This document shows, one piece after another, positions 10,794-21,400 of a DNA stretch of 41,748 nucleotides. The stretch is taken from positions 1-41,748 of the forward strand of contig KZ538897.1 in the NCBI GenBank assembly GCA_000934665.2. The letters run 5' to 3'. The stretch is from Catajapyx aquilonaris (lineage: Eukaryota). Under the pieces are notes generated by a model. The model saw only the letters and a list, made by a program, of their open reading frames with translations. It did no database searches and was not told where the DNA came from. Every line of letters starts with the position of its first letter. Positions within the stretch are counted from its first letter, which is position 1. A program made the position numbers and the translations under genes.

Positions 10794-10948
10794 CAAGCCC
10801 GGTTTTCATTTTTAAAAAACCGGTTCTTTCGGAAAATCCCTGCAAATAGAATAAGAATTTTCCGAAAAAACCGGTTCTTTCGGAAAATCTCTGCAAATAG
10901 AATAAGGATTTTCCGAAAGAACCGGGGTTTTTATGAAAACCGGGCTTG
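10794..10948. mobile_element. Palindromic MITE remnant with an internal tandem duplication of about 50 bp
   Basis: caagcccggttttcat ... atgaaaaccgggcttg arms enclose two copies of aaccggttctttcggaaaatc(c/t)ctgcaaatagaataag(a/g)attttccgaaa. Confidence 0.7.
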
Positions 10949-12362
10949 ATGTTTATTTTAACTTTAAAAACTGCTCTGTTAGAGGGGGAAAAGCAATATG
11001 AGAATGGGATATAAAATGTTTCTTTTTATTCCTCCTGGCCCAATCGTAATCCAATAGTCGCATCGGTGATTCCATTCTAATTTGTTGAGTGATTTACCAT
11101 CTGAAACGAATGGCAACAATTTTGTTTAGACCCGACTGTCACTGGGTATTAAGGCAGCATCGATGTAAGTGTCGGATTCAATTGGCCCTAGGAGGCATCG
11201 TCTAGAGTTCAATAGAAGAGAGTGGCACTTCATATTTAGGAAACTTATAGCTGTCATTCCATTCAGCGGTTCCAATAATGTGGTATTATTATGCGGCGTG
11301 CAATTGGCATTTTGCTGACTATTGCAACCTAATTTGTTTTGATACATCCGAATTTTCTGTATTCATTGTAATCTTGACCCCTTATCATCATTTCGACCCC
11401 GATGAAAGGATTTCCCTCCCTGGTCCTCCCCCGTCGTCAATCTATCTATATGAAGATTGAGCGTCACAATAACCGCACGGACTCCCCCGAAAACGAGCCA
11501 TAAAAGTAGAAGATGGCTCGTGGTTCAGGTCGCCATAAACAATGAACGCAGTCAATTGATTCCATGCAAAGTTTGTTCACCGTAATCGGAGGGTGGGTGC
11601 TGTAAATAACGTTACAATGGTGGCAAATGAGGCGGAACAGGCCATAGATCACCCAGCATGGCTCCATCCGACATTATGTGCTTGCGATCAAAACGATATG
11701 GCAATTGGGCCAAGCAGGTACTTATCGGAGGATGCAATTGAATTAGCAGGGTTTATTAGGACTCAACCGGAAGTGGACTTGATGGATTAGCAGGTCGGAT
11801 TGTAGGCTGCTCGAGGTACAAAACGGATCTAGGCGAGCGTCTTGTTGTCCGGAGAAACCCCTAGACGAGGCTCATCATTCCAGGTTTCCTAGTTCATTAA
11901 ATTAACAGCTTGCTATATATGCTGAGGCTATCAGTGGTTGAACAGGAACTACTTCGGCCTCTTCGCCACTTAGCACATTCCGCCAAGATTTATGGCCGAC
12001 GGCAGAATGTGCAACAATTCGGAACTTTGGGAGGTGGCCCAGTAAGGCCCAGCAATTTACTAGGGGGGTATTAGTTAACAATTAGCAACTTCCTGTTCCT
12101 TAATTTTTATGGCGTAAGACTCTGTATAGAGGGTGTTACTGATTAAAATGTTATTTAGTGGGTAGAGAGATTTTGGTACTGAGCTGCTTATTTATTGCTA
12201 GTATTCGATGTTAATATTAATCCCTGCACAGATATGCAAAAGTGGGTTGTATCATTGTGTTTCATCTGTTGTTCCAATGGGCCATTCATAATAGTAAAGA
12301 ATCCCTTTCAGTATGGATTTTACGGTAGGCCTGTATCACGATTTGTTGGAAGTTATTTTAGA

Positions 12363-12667
12363 TCTATATAAATAAAGCCGTTTGTGAGTCTGTCTGTCTG
12401 TCTGTCCGCCTGCCAACCGTCATTTGCCTACCATCTGTGCTCAACCCCCAGGCCGGGAGAGGATGGAGGTGTTGGGGGTTGACTACAGATGGCAGGCAAA
12501 TGGCGGTTGCCGTTATACAGGCGGGAGAGGTTGGAGGTATTGGAGTAGCAGTACCACAGATGGCATTGGTGGGCTGACACACAGAAAGACAGACAGTTGA
12601 CGGGGGTACTGGCAGGTGTTTTCCCTTCATTCATTTCTTCCCGGGCAACGCCGGGTGCCGCAGCTAT
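12363..12667 (+). mobile_element. Non-autonomous Helitron, copy 2
   Basis: 5' A|TCTATATAAATAAAGCC, (GTCT)n, 3' hairpin cccgggcaacgccggg then gcagCTAT (altered CTAG). Highly similar to the 18180 copy. Confidence 0.85.
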
Positions 12668-13380
12668 CTTAGGTAAAGCAAAACTTAGTTTTGAAATATT
12701 ATGTCTATGCAAAAGTTAGTGCGGTTTTTATGAAAAATAGAAAATCTCAAACTTGTTTGCAAATATCAAAATATTGAGCAGAACTTTCAATGACCCTTTG
12801 GCAACGTTAGGGCAGCTGATGAATGCCGCGGTGGTAAAAACTTCTGGACTTTGACTCAAAGAAGTCAACCATCAATTTCTCAACATCCGTGAGACTGGCG
12901 AAGTGCTCGCCAGAGAAGCCATGTTGCATATAATAGAAATGTCTTTTTTGTTGCTATCGCTCTGGTTTTAAAAAAATAACGAGAAAACAGTGGCGAAGGT
13001 GGGTATTGTCGGAGTTAATCTCGAAATCTGATAAAAAAACAGTGACTGATAGAGCAGTATTCTTCAATTCATGTGGGAGGATTACCTAGTAGAAAATATG
13101 TCGAAATTTGGTTAAGCGCATTGCAAAATATATCCTGCGTGATGATACTGTCTCGCAACACACTTGTTTCGCAACATTATCATTTCGCAATTTAGTGATG
13201 ACAGAAACTCGTCAAATACGTTGTGGAGACACCTACTTCATAAGGCGGACAATCGATTGGCATCGACTAGTCAAATGTGACGCAGAAAGTACAATCATAA
13301 TATATTAATGTACGCATGCCTCGTGTCCCTGGTATTACACTGAAGGAGTGCAGTCGAGTTTGAAAGGATCTACTGCCAAG

Positions 13381-15261
13381 ATGAAGATTTACGGTGTAGG
13401 AATTGTGTTAGTGTCATACTTCTTAACCGGTTGTGAAAGCAATAGCAATAGCACTCTGGACAAACTGCTAGACTTTATTATACCAACATTCCCTCCTAAC
13501 TGTTCCGTAGTATTTGTGCTTGACCATACAACACGTGACATTCTTGGATCCATCTATCAGTATGAATCTTTAAGTTACCGGCCTTGGTCTATACTTATTG
13601 TCGATCCAGATGATGATGTGACTTATGAATACTCGGTTTACAACGGTCAGTGCAATGTGTACGTTTTCATATGCTCACAAGACGAGTGTCTCGATGCCGA
13701 TCTTCCGATGAGACGAAACATAGACTATTTTGTGATACACCTGACTGATGAAAACACTAAATACCTGCCAAGTTCGATAGGTAGCAGGAACATCCTTTTG
13801 ATTGAAACCGATTTAGATGGCGATCAAGTAGCAGGATATAAGCTGATTATACCTAGCTCAAAATGCCCATATGACCCTAGCCTGACTCAACTGACCTACT
13901 GGCATCCCAATGACGGTTTATCTCGCTATGTTCGGGATTTCTTCCCATGGAATTCCTATCATGACATGGCTGGTTGTGAGATGACATCATGCACATCCTC
14001 TTCTTTGGATATGTACTTATTGCATACCATTGCTACTTCAGTCAATATGAAACTTTCTATCCATGAGTGCCGAGATTCCGATGATATATTTCGTGCAAAT
14101 ATATTGATGGGACTTCCGGCTAGCTTATGGGTGTTCAGTGGAATACGACCTGCGTTTGGAGTTGACATGAGTTTCCTGATACCCAACACAATACAACCGA
14201 AATTCAGTTGGATTTCTCTGCTAAGGTGCTACGAACCCTGCTTATGGTTGTATTTTCTGATCATAGTGCTGGGATCCGGAGTCTTCATTTGGATCCTGAG
14301 TAGTATAATCAGATCAGTATCACGAAGGAAGCCATGGGAAGGCAGCAGCTTGTCTTCGGCCATGCTTTACTCCGTCGCGATCATTCTTCGACAACGTCGG
14401 CCTCTTACCTATCACACGGCTCCGCGGTGCTACATTGGATTCTACTTGTTATTTTGCCTCATGATCTCAGGTGTCTATATGCGTGCTTTGATCAAAACTC
14501 TGACAGTGCCTGATGACATGACTGACCGGTTGCCATATATGTTGTGGGATCTAATGGAAAGTGATGTTTACAACGTGGCTAAAACCGTAAAAGCATCCCT
14601 TCTGATTGGTAGTAACGACTACTTTCAAGACAGACTAGACCAGTACAAAGTAGATGATACATGCTTGGAGAAGCTACTCGAAGACGACAAGGCAGTTTGT
14701 ATTGGCTCAGTCGACCAGTTGTCTCATTTTTCCCGAGAATATCCTAACAGAAAATTCCATCATGGTCAGCTATTCTTAACCGGAACTCCAACCTTCTGGG
14801 GATCAAAAGTCATACCAAACCTGTTGGATGCGAAGTTGGCGGGTCTACAGAATTCTGGGATTGTTGAGTACTTTCGTAAGAAGGATGACTTTGAACGAGA
14901 GGAAGTTGAGGATTGGAGTCGTCCGCGAGTAGCTAAGATGGAATCATTAAAAGGAGCCTTTTTGGCTTTGGTAGCAGGGTGGATAATTTCTTTGTCTTTG
15001 ATTATCCTAGAATTGATGATATCCTGCGTATGCAATGTCTCACGAAAGTTACTAAAGAAAGGTGCCGCAAATAATGAGCCAGAAGATACGGAATTCATGG
15101 GCGGTCTTGTGGTAGAAAATGTCATTGTTGTTGAGGACATTGTACCAAGTCCGGAGGCAAAAATTAGGCCCATGACAGTTGTCGGCTTCGTATATGAAGA
15201 CACTGAAGAATCCGAAGATGACAGCTCAACTCCATCTCATAGACGCTCTCTGAGTTTCTAA
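13381..15261 (+). CDS. Intronless divergent ionotropic receptor (variant iGluR, chemosensory IR), 626 aa
   Basis: Signal peptide MKIYGVGIVLVSYFLTGCES; pre-M1/M1 LLRCYEPCLWLYFLIIV; pore loop MLYSVAIILRQ; M3 RCYIGFYLLFCLMISGVYMRALIKTLTVP; S2 end LQNSGIVEYF; M4 SLKGAFLALVAGWIISLSLIILE. The first ATG is 13381 (the track start at 13348 is GTG). Confidence 0.9.
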   Translation: MKIYGVGIVLVSYFLTGCESNSNSTLDKLLDFIIPTFPPNCSVVFVLDHTTRDILGSIYQYESLSYRPWSILIVDPDDDVTYEYSVYNGQCNVYVFICSQDECLDADLPMRRNIDYFVIHLTDENTKYLPSSIGSRNILLIETDLDGDQVAGYKLIIPSSKCPYDPSLTQLTYWHPNDGLSRYVRDFFPWNSYHDMAGCEMTSCTSSSLDMYLLHTIATSVNMKLSIHECRDSDDIFRANILMGLPASLWVFSGIRPAFGVDMSFLIPNTIQPKFSWISLLRCYEPCLWLYFLIIVLGSGVFIWILSSIIRSVSRRKPWEGSSLSSAMLYSVAIILRQRRPLTYHTAPRCYIGFYLLFCLMISGVYMRALIKTLTVPDDMTDRLPYMLWDLMESDVYNVAKTVKASLLIGSNDYFQDRLDQYKVDDTCLEKLLEDDKAVCIGSVDQLSHFSREYPNRKFHHGQLFLTGTPTFWGSKVIPNLLDAKLAGLQNSGIVEYFRKKDDFEREEVEDWSRPRVAKMESLKGAFLALVAGWIISLSLIILELMISCVCNVSRKLLKKGAANNEPEDTEFMGGLVVENVIVVEDIVPSPEAKIRPMTVVGFVYEDTEESEDDSSTPSHRRSLSF

Positions 15262-16303
15262 GGCGGTCTAAAATAGCATAGTACTGTATTAATGGAGAGT
15301 TAAGGTTGCTAAAGTAACGAGCTCTTACTTTATGTAAATGACGACTTACGTGTGTGAGTAAATCATAATATCCCGATATATTTTGTGCTAATATGGCAGA
15401 GAAAGTGAGGTCAACATTTTACTGCCAATACGCGTATTTAAAATATCTGTCCAGTTTTTGAAATATGCATGAATAGGTGACTGAAAGCAAGTCGCGAATA
15501 CCTACAGTGATATTGTCAATATTGGATTGATGATTCTGACTGAAGTGAAATACCTTTTTCACTTGACTATTTGCATATCCACAATTCACTATTGGGCAAT
15601 TTGAGTACATTCTTTATTTGCCAGAGTAAACTCCTTGGAACTGCCCTTTTACAGCACTACCACAAGTTAATGGTTAAATTTAGTGTTGTACTTCTATGTG
15701 AAGATTTATTTTGCAATGTACTACAGCTACGGTTGATGTCAATATTTGCTTAAAAATTTCGATTTTGTCGTGTGTAATGCCCACTTGACCTGGCCCTGCT
15801 GCAGTGCTTATTTTCAGGCACTCATTACGTCAGATTACACATTTCATCGTATCTTTGCTTTAGTCGTAACACTAATGATGTCGTTGTGCACTCCCATCTG
15901 AGTGAAGAGGCCAAACATTAATCTTTTGAAGCACCACTAACGCAGGTGTTTTTCTTGTCCCCGAGTGCGTATTATTCCGGTACGGGTACAAGATCAATCC
16001 TCAGAAGCCAAAGTTCACTGTTCACACGTCACCGTTAAGTCAACAGGTTTCTGCTGCATTAATATATTACTGTTATTGGCAATAATATTCTGTGTCACGT
16101 CGTTCGTGAAGACATGGATTCTGAACCACTTGTCAATGGCTTATGAATTATTTTGCTTTCTGCTCTGAACTGTGAGTGGCAACATATGTCGTGACCTTCA
16201 ATTTAATGATGATGTTGGCACCTCTTGTTTGAATTCTTGTACTGCGTATATGATAATATTTGGCTGATGGTTTTTCAATCTAATAGTTAAGACGGCCCAT
16301 GTA

Positions 16304-16442
16304 CAGTGAAACTTGTTACAGCGGACCCCTTATGAAGACTTGTAATGAGCCTTAATTTTTTCTAGTTTAGGTTTTCCCTACGTTGACTATTACGGAAAAT
16401 TTTCGCGGAACAACACGGCTCCGCTATATACAGGTTTCACTC
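16304..16442. mobile_element. Degenerate Tc1/mariner-pogo-like MITE
   Basis: TA|cagtgaaacttgttacagcgga mirrored by tccgctatatacaggtttcact. Confidence 0.55.
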
Positions 16443-16520
16443 ATTTGGAGATTTTATGTATTCGTTATTTCCATTATATGTCCGATTTTATCGTACCTCA
16501 TGATATTAGTAGCCTATATA

Positions 16521-16794
16521 CAGGGTGTTAATCCTAGGCGTGTCACCAGAAAAGGTGGTGGTAGAGGGCGCAGGTGTGATCATTTTTGAGTAGGGAACTA
16601 GGGGTCGGAAACGCATCCTCACCGAGTCACTCCGCCGCGTGCCGCACGCCTCTTGCACACTGCCTGCCGCAAACTTGAAAGGGGCGTACTCGGTGAGGGT
16701 GCGTTTCCGACCCCTAGTTCCTTATGCAAAAATGCTCACACCTGCGCCCTCTACCACCACCTTTTCTGGTGACACGCTTAGGATTAACACCCTG
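16521..16794. mobile_element. Tc1/mariner-type MITE (274 bp)
   Basis: TIRs of about 110 bp beginning CAGGGTGTTAATCCT, with TA on both sides. Confidence 0.92.
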
Positions 16795-17569
16795 TATTGC
16801 ATCTTCATGATTTGTGAGTGAAATATCTGCATTTTTTGAACTTGTCACTTTATTTGTTTGACATATTCTTCCTGGAAACATACAGTACTGTAATCTAGAT
16901 GTTGTGGACAACTGAAAAAATAGTTTGCATTTTGTATGCAGAATTTATCATTTTCGATTATTATTCACAGACTGTCAGGTAACATGTGGCTTTAACTTTC
17001 TTCGCCAAGAGCCTTCACATGACATATTCAAATGTGGCGCTTGAGGAAATGGCATCCTGTTAAGATACGTCCTGTCGCTGTCGTGTGCGAGCTCATCGCG
17101 TTGTAAAGAATATTCGTACCATAGCACATGATATCCGGCAGTCCAGCCATAATCGAGTAATTTGTAGATCTAAATTTCTATATTGTAATTTTTTACGTTA
17201 CCCCGTGATAGGGCCAGAAGCCCTCTTAGGGGGGTGGAATACCACAATTTTCTATCAATTTTCTGTAATTTTCTTCAACTCCGGTGCAAAATTTTCTATA
17301 TTTAATTTATTGTTTGCATGTAGCATCATATGTAGTAGCCTAATCATGCTTTCATATGGTACCTGTATACTTGAAATTCTACGCAATAAAGTGTGCAAAC
17401 TGGAAGGCGTGTCATTTAGAGTACATGAATGAGAGCGTTGCCATGGTGTAAAAATTGAGTCCTGATCCTCTGAGGATATAAGAGTTAGGGAATTAGGAGC
17501 GATCCCAGCAGGCACTTGCCTCGTCAGCGTAGAGAGGAAAAGGAAAGTCCCTTACGGAATAGATCTCAC

Positions 17570-17673
17570 CTGTCAAACATGTCGCCATAGCTCTGGGCAT
17601 GGCTGGTTCCCAGGACGAAGCAGCCCAAAATGAAGAAGCTGCACAGCATTGGGATGTGGAGGTGTCCCTTCAT
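17570..17673 (-). CDS. Cal: Calcitonin gene, first coding exon (signal peptide)
   Basis: MKGHLHIPMLCSFFILGCFVLGTSHA-QSYGDMFD, then AG|GTGAGA (phase 2, matching the shared exon to give Arg). Acceptor cgtttcAG precedes exon start 17702. Too short for the ORF track. Confidence 0.78.
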
Positions 17674-18179
17674 CTTCGTTTCCTTGCCGATGATTACTAG
17701 ATCTGAAACGAGCCAATCAGAACTGATTTCGTTGTTTTATATACTTAATTTTTCTTCACATGTTTTATAATTGATGAATTCGTTAACGGTGGCAAAAAGG
17801 CGTTAATGTCCTAGGTCATTTTCATATCGACAGCTTTCATTGTATAAGCCACGGATTGTCCGTTGTTGCATGGTCTCTGTATAGGCTCTTTTTTTATAGA
17901 TCTGCTTCATGAGTGTCACGCGTTGATAACGTGGAAATGATGATATTTATACTTACAGAGTTCAACTAATCGCGTCGCGTTGTCAGCTTTGCAAAATTGC
18001 ACATAAGTGAATTCGTGTGTAGAAACACGGAAGAGTACCTTCATGAATCAAATGTGTACAGCCTACTAACCATAATTTGTTGGTAAAGAGGTAAGTAGCT
18101 GTAACCGCTAACATGATCATTTCAGTATTGCGGATTTATTTTAATTTTGATAGGAAAAGGCGAGAAATAATTCCATATA

Positions 18180-18489
18180 TCTTCTATCTTCTATATAAAT
18201 AAAGCCGTTTGTGAGTCTGTCTGTCTGTCCGCCTGCCAACCGTCATTTGCCTGCCATCTGTGCTCCACTCCCAGGCCGGGAGAGGATGGAGGTGTTGGGG
18301 GTTCACTACCGATGGCAGGCAAATGACGGTTGCCGTTATACAGGCGGGAGAGGTTGAAGGTGTTGGAGTAGCAGGATACAGATGGCATTGGTGGGCGGAC
18401 ACACAGAAAGACAGACAGTTGACGGGGTTACTGGCAGGTGTTTTCCCTTCATTCATTTCTTCCCGGGCAACGCCGGGTGCCGCAGCTAG
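18180..18489 (+). mobile_element. Non-autonomous Helitron, complete copy 3
   Basis: Inserted between A and T; 5' TC, 3' hairpin cccgggcaacgccggg and terminal CTAG; no TSD. Confidence 0.9.
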
Positions 18490-21400
18490 TAACGACATAA
18501 ATTCGTAGTGCTATATCAAATCTGAATAGTACATTTGCTCCTAAGTCAGTGAATTATGTATACAAGCATATTGTGTTTCTACGTCAATTTTAGTAACAAA
18601 ATAACAGCCCTCTACAAGTCTATGATTGCCCTATTCAATCTATCACTTACGTTTACGATCAAAGGTATGATATTCATAAAACTTCCGCTTGTATGATTAT
18701 CACACGTATTTGAACTTCGAGAGAGTTTTGAAACACTGATTAATGGCCGATCTTGCTCACGGCCAATTTTCACTTTATGTATCGGATAATCTGATATGGG
18801 AGGATTTAATATAGGCCTACATCCTCCGACTATAGAACGTAGGCGGCGGAAGTGATAAAAGTCATCAACCTTCTCTCGCATTAACTAGCAGACCAGTGTA
18901 ATAAAACATTTAACTAACACTCAGATTCAGTGCAATATTATGAAAGAATAACATAAAGTACGATGATCAAAATTCAAGCCGGAGAGGTGTGGCAGACTCC
19001 CTGTTGTAATTGATGTGAAAAAATTGATATTGGACTGCAATCTTTATCGATTACTCTATTTTGATATGGAGAATGAAATTACTCAAAGTTGATTACTCTG
19101 GAAGCAGTTGTGACGTAGGTTATCCCTTGTTGGTTTCCAGGCACAGACTCCCAATAGAGTGTACTGTATCTAAAAAACCAGAGCCATTTGGATGGAAGGC
19201 AAGCGACGCAACCTTTAAACAATGCGATTTCAAAGGGAATCGGATTTCAGTGATTAACAGTCAGACATTTTAAATCACAGGTGCAGTGCATGAATTTTAA
19301 AGGAGGACGCAAAAGCCTGTGGATTAAACGTTTTAAATGTATTCATCACTTTGAAGGACGCAAAAGCTACAAACTATAGTAGAGATAAGCTCGTTTATAG
19401 AGTTTTATATGCGACGTATATCTTCCTAGTTTGTCCTATATGTTCAACTGCGTAACTTTTCATTGTGTAACTCTACTAATTTGCTAGACGTAATTATTAG
19501 GCAAGTCAAAGAATAAAATTATAATGACTTCCAACAAAGTCTGAACTTCGGGGAAATTTTTTGACGAATATTTAAACCCGATTTTGAAACCTTCCCTTAG
19601 AAAATTTTGTGTTAATGGTTCTGGCCTAATTTGCAAACGACTCATTTGAATCAACTTTTCTCGGCTACGGAGAAAGCCGGATAAAAATAGGCCAATCCAA
19701 CCTTCGCTTGCGATTGAAGAAATGCTCTAACTTTTCCTTCTTCGACAACCACAACTTTTGAACAAGCAGAAACCAAGGTCCTTCGATGCACGTAGACAGA
19801 TGCTAACTAAAGACAAAAGAAAATGACGTACTTGTCAACCTGTTTAAGCACATTCTTTATACAAACTGGTAGCATACCAATTCGTCCGAAACAAATTCGT
19901 CCGATGCAACCTCGCCAGATCCATTCTCGACACTTAATTCCGATTAACTCGCCAATGCGATGGCTGCTCCAGTTGCATCTATATTATTAATACCCTACTG
20001 TGATGGCGATTCCTCCCGCTATGTACGGCCTACAGCATTGGAAGTGATGTCAAAATTTCGCCCGCGTGTCCTATATTTGCAATAAACTTTTTTTTTTTGG
20101 AAATAGTGTCTAGGGAAATTATAAAACACAAAAAACGCCGACCGCCTTAAAAAAAACAACCACCACGGAATTCCCATTCCGGCCGCGGGCGCTACCTCCG
20201 GTATTCACCGGGTAATTCGGTAATTCGCCGTCGGATATCGCTGCCTGGTCCGCGTCTCTCTCAAATTTTGGCAAGTTGGTGCCTAGTATAGTCATATCCA
20301 CCGTGGTAATAACGCTCAAAATATTTCGATTGAACCAAAAGTCGACTTAATTATCCAATATTGGATTACTCATAAGCATCGAACACGCTACACTCCACAC
20401 CATACTAAAGAATTATTGTTAGAGACCTGAATACTTAAGAGGACTCATTTACATCCGCTTGGCGACGTTACAGCTGGTAACATTCTGCATTAGTGTTGAT
20501 CCCCAGATTAGTAACAGCATATGAACCCGAATCGAAGCGCCTGCCGTAGCTTATTCATCCCTCTTCATCCGCAGCTGAAACCACAAGGCCGGTACTTCAT
20601 CCCTAATTTTGTACTTAGCTCTTACAAATTTGGATTTAGCTAAAGATATACAAACAGTATTAGAACCGGTTTTTAAAAAATAGTATTTTGGAAGCATATC
20701 CGCGTGGGGATGTTCGGTTAGGCGAGGAATAATTTATTGCGCAACCATATCAAAGATGATTGTTTGCTTGCGCATCGCTGCCGGTGGACACAAAACCACG
20801 GCTTTGAGATATGCCAGTTTAGCAACATTAGTTACACCTCGGTGAACACAGGTTCTTAGGTAGAAGCGAGTTCCGCCCCGTGCGTCTTTATTTCCTTCGA
20901 GTCTTCCGAGGCCAACCATTCCTCGTTGGAAAATACTGCTTCTGAGAAACTTCCTAACTTGCTCTGAGGGTTTTGCTCTCATGTTGCTTGTACGTTGGGC
21001 CTTCATAAACCGAATCGAAATGTCTTCCGTTTTGAAAAGTTTGGAGGAATTCTGTAAGACTTATTGGGTCATACGATATCCGGCTGTTGCTGAATTATTA
21101 CATAAACTAGCAAATAATATGACTTATGGTGTGGTATTAAACGAGAAAACATGGGAAGTAGCTAATATTACCTACCCAGTGCGGATGCATCATAATGATT
21201 GATCAGTTGGACGAGGTAGGACCCGTGGGTATAACCATTTTTTTGGGATCATTTTTGTTGTGGGAAATAACAACCGCTTTTTCATTGTGGCAAAGTTGCG
21301 TGAATACGGGAGAGAAAAATGATTATTATTCATATCGATCGAATTATGGTAATGCTGCCATTTCCTTGCATTTCACTCGTAGGAATCTTGGGGTCGGAGT

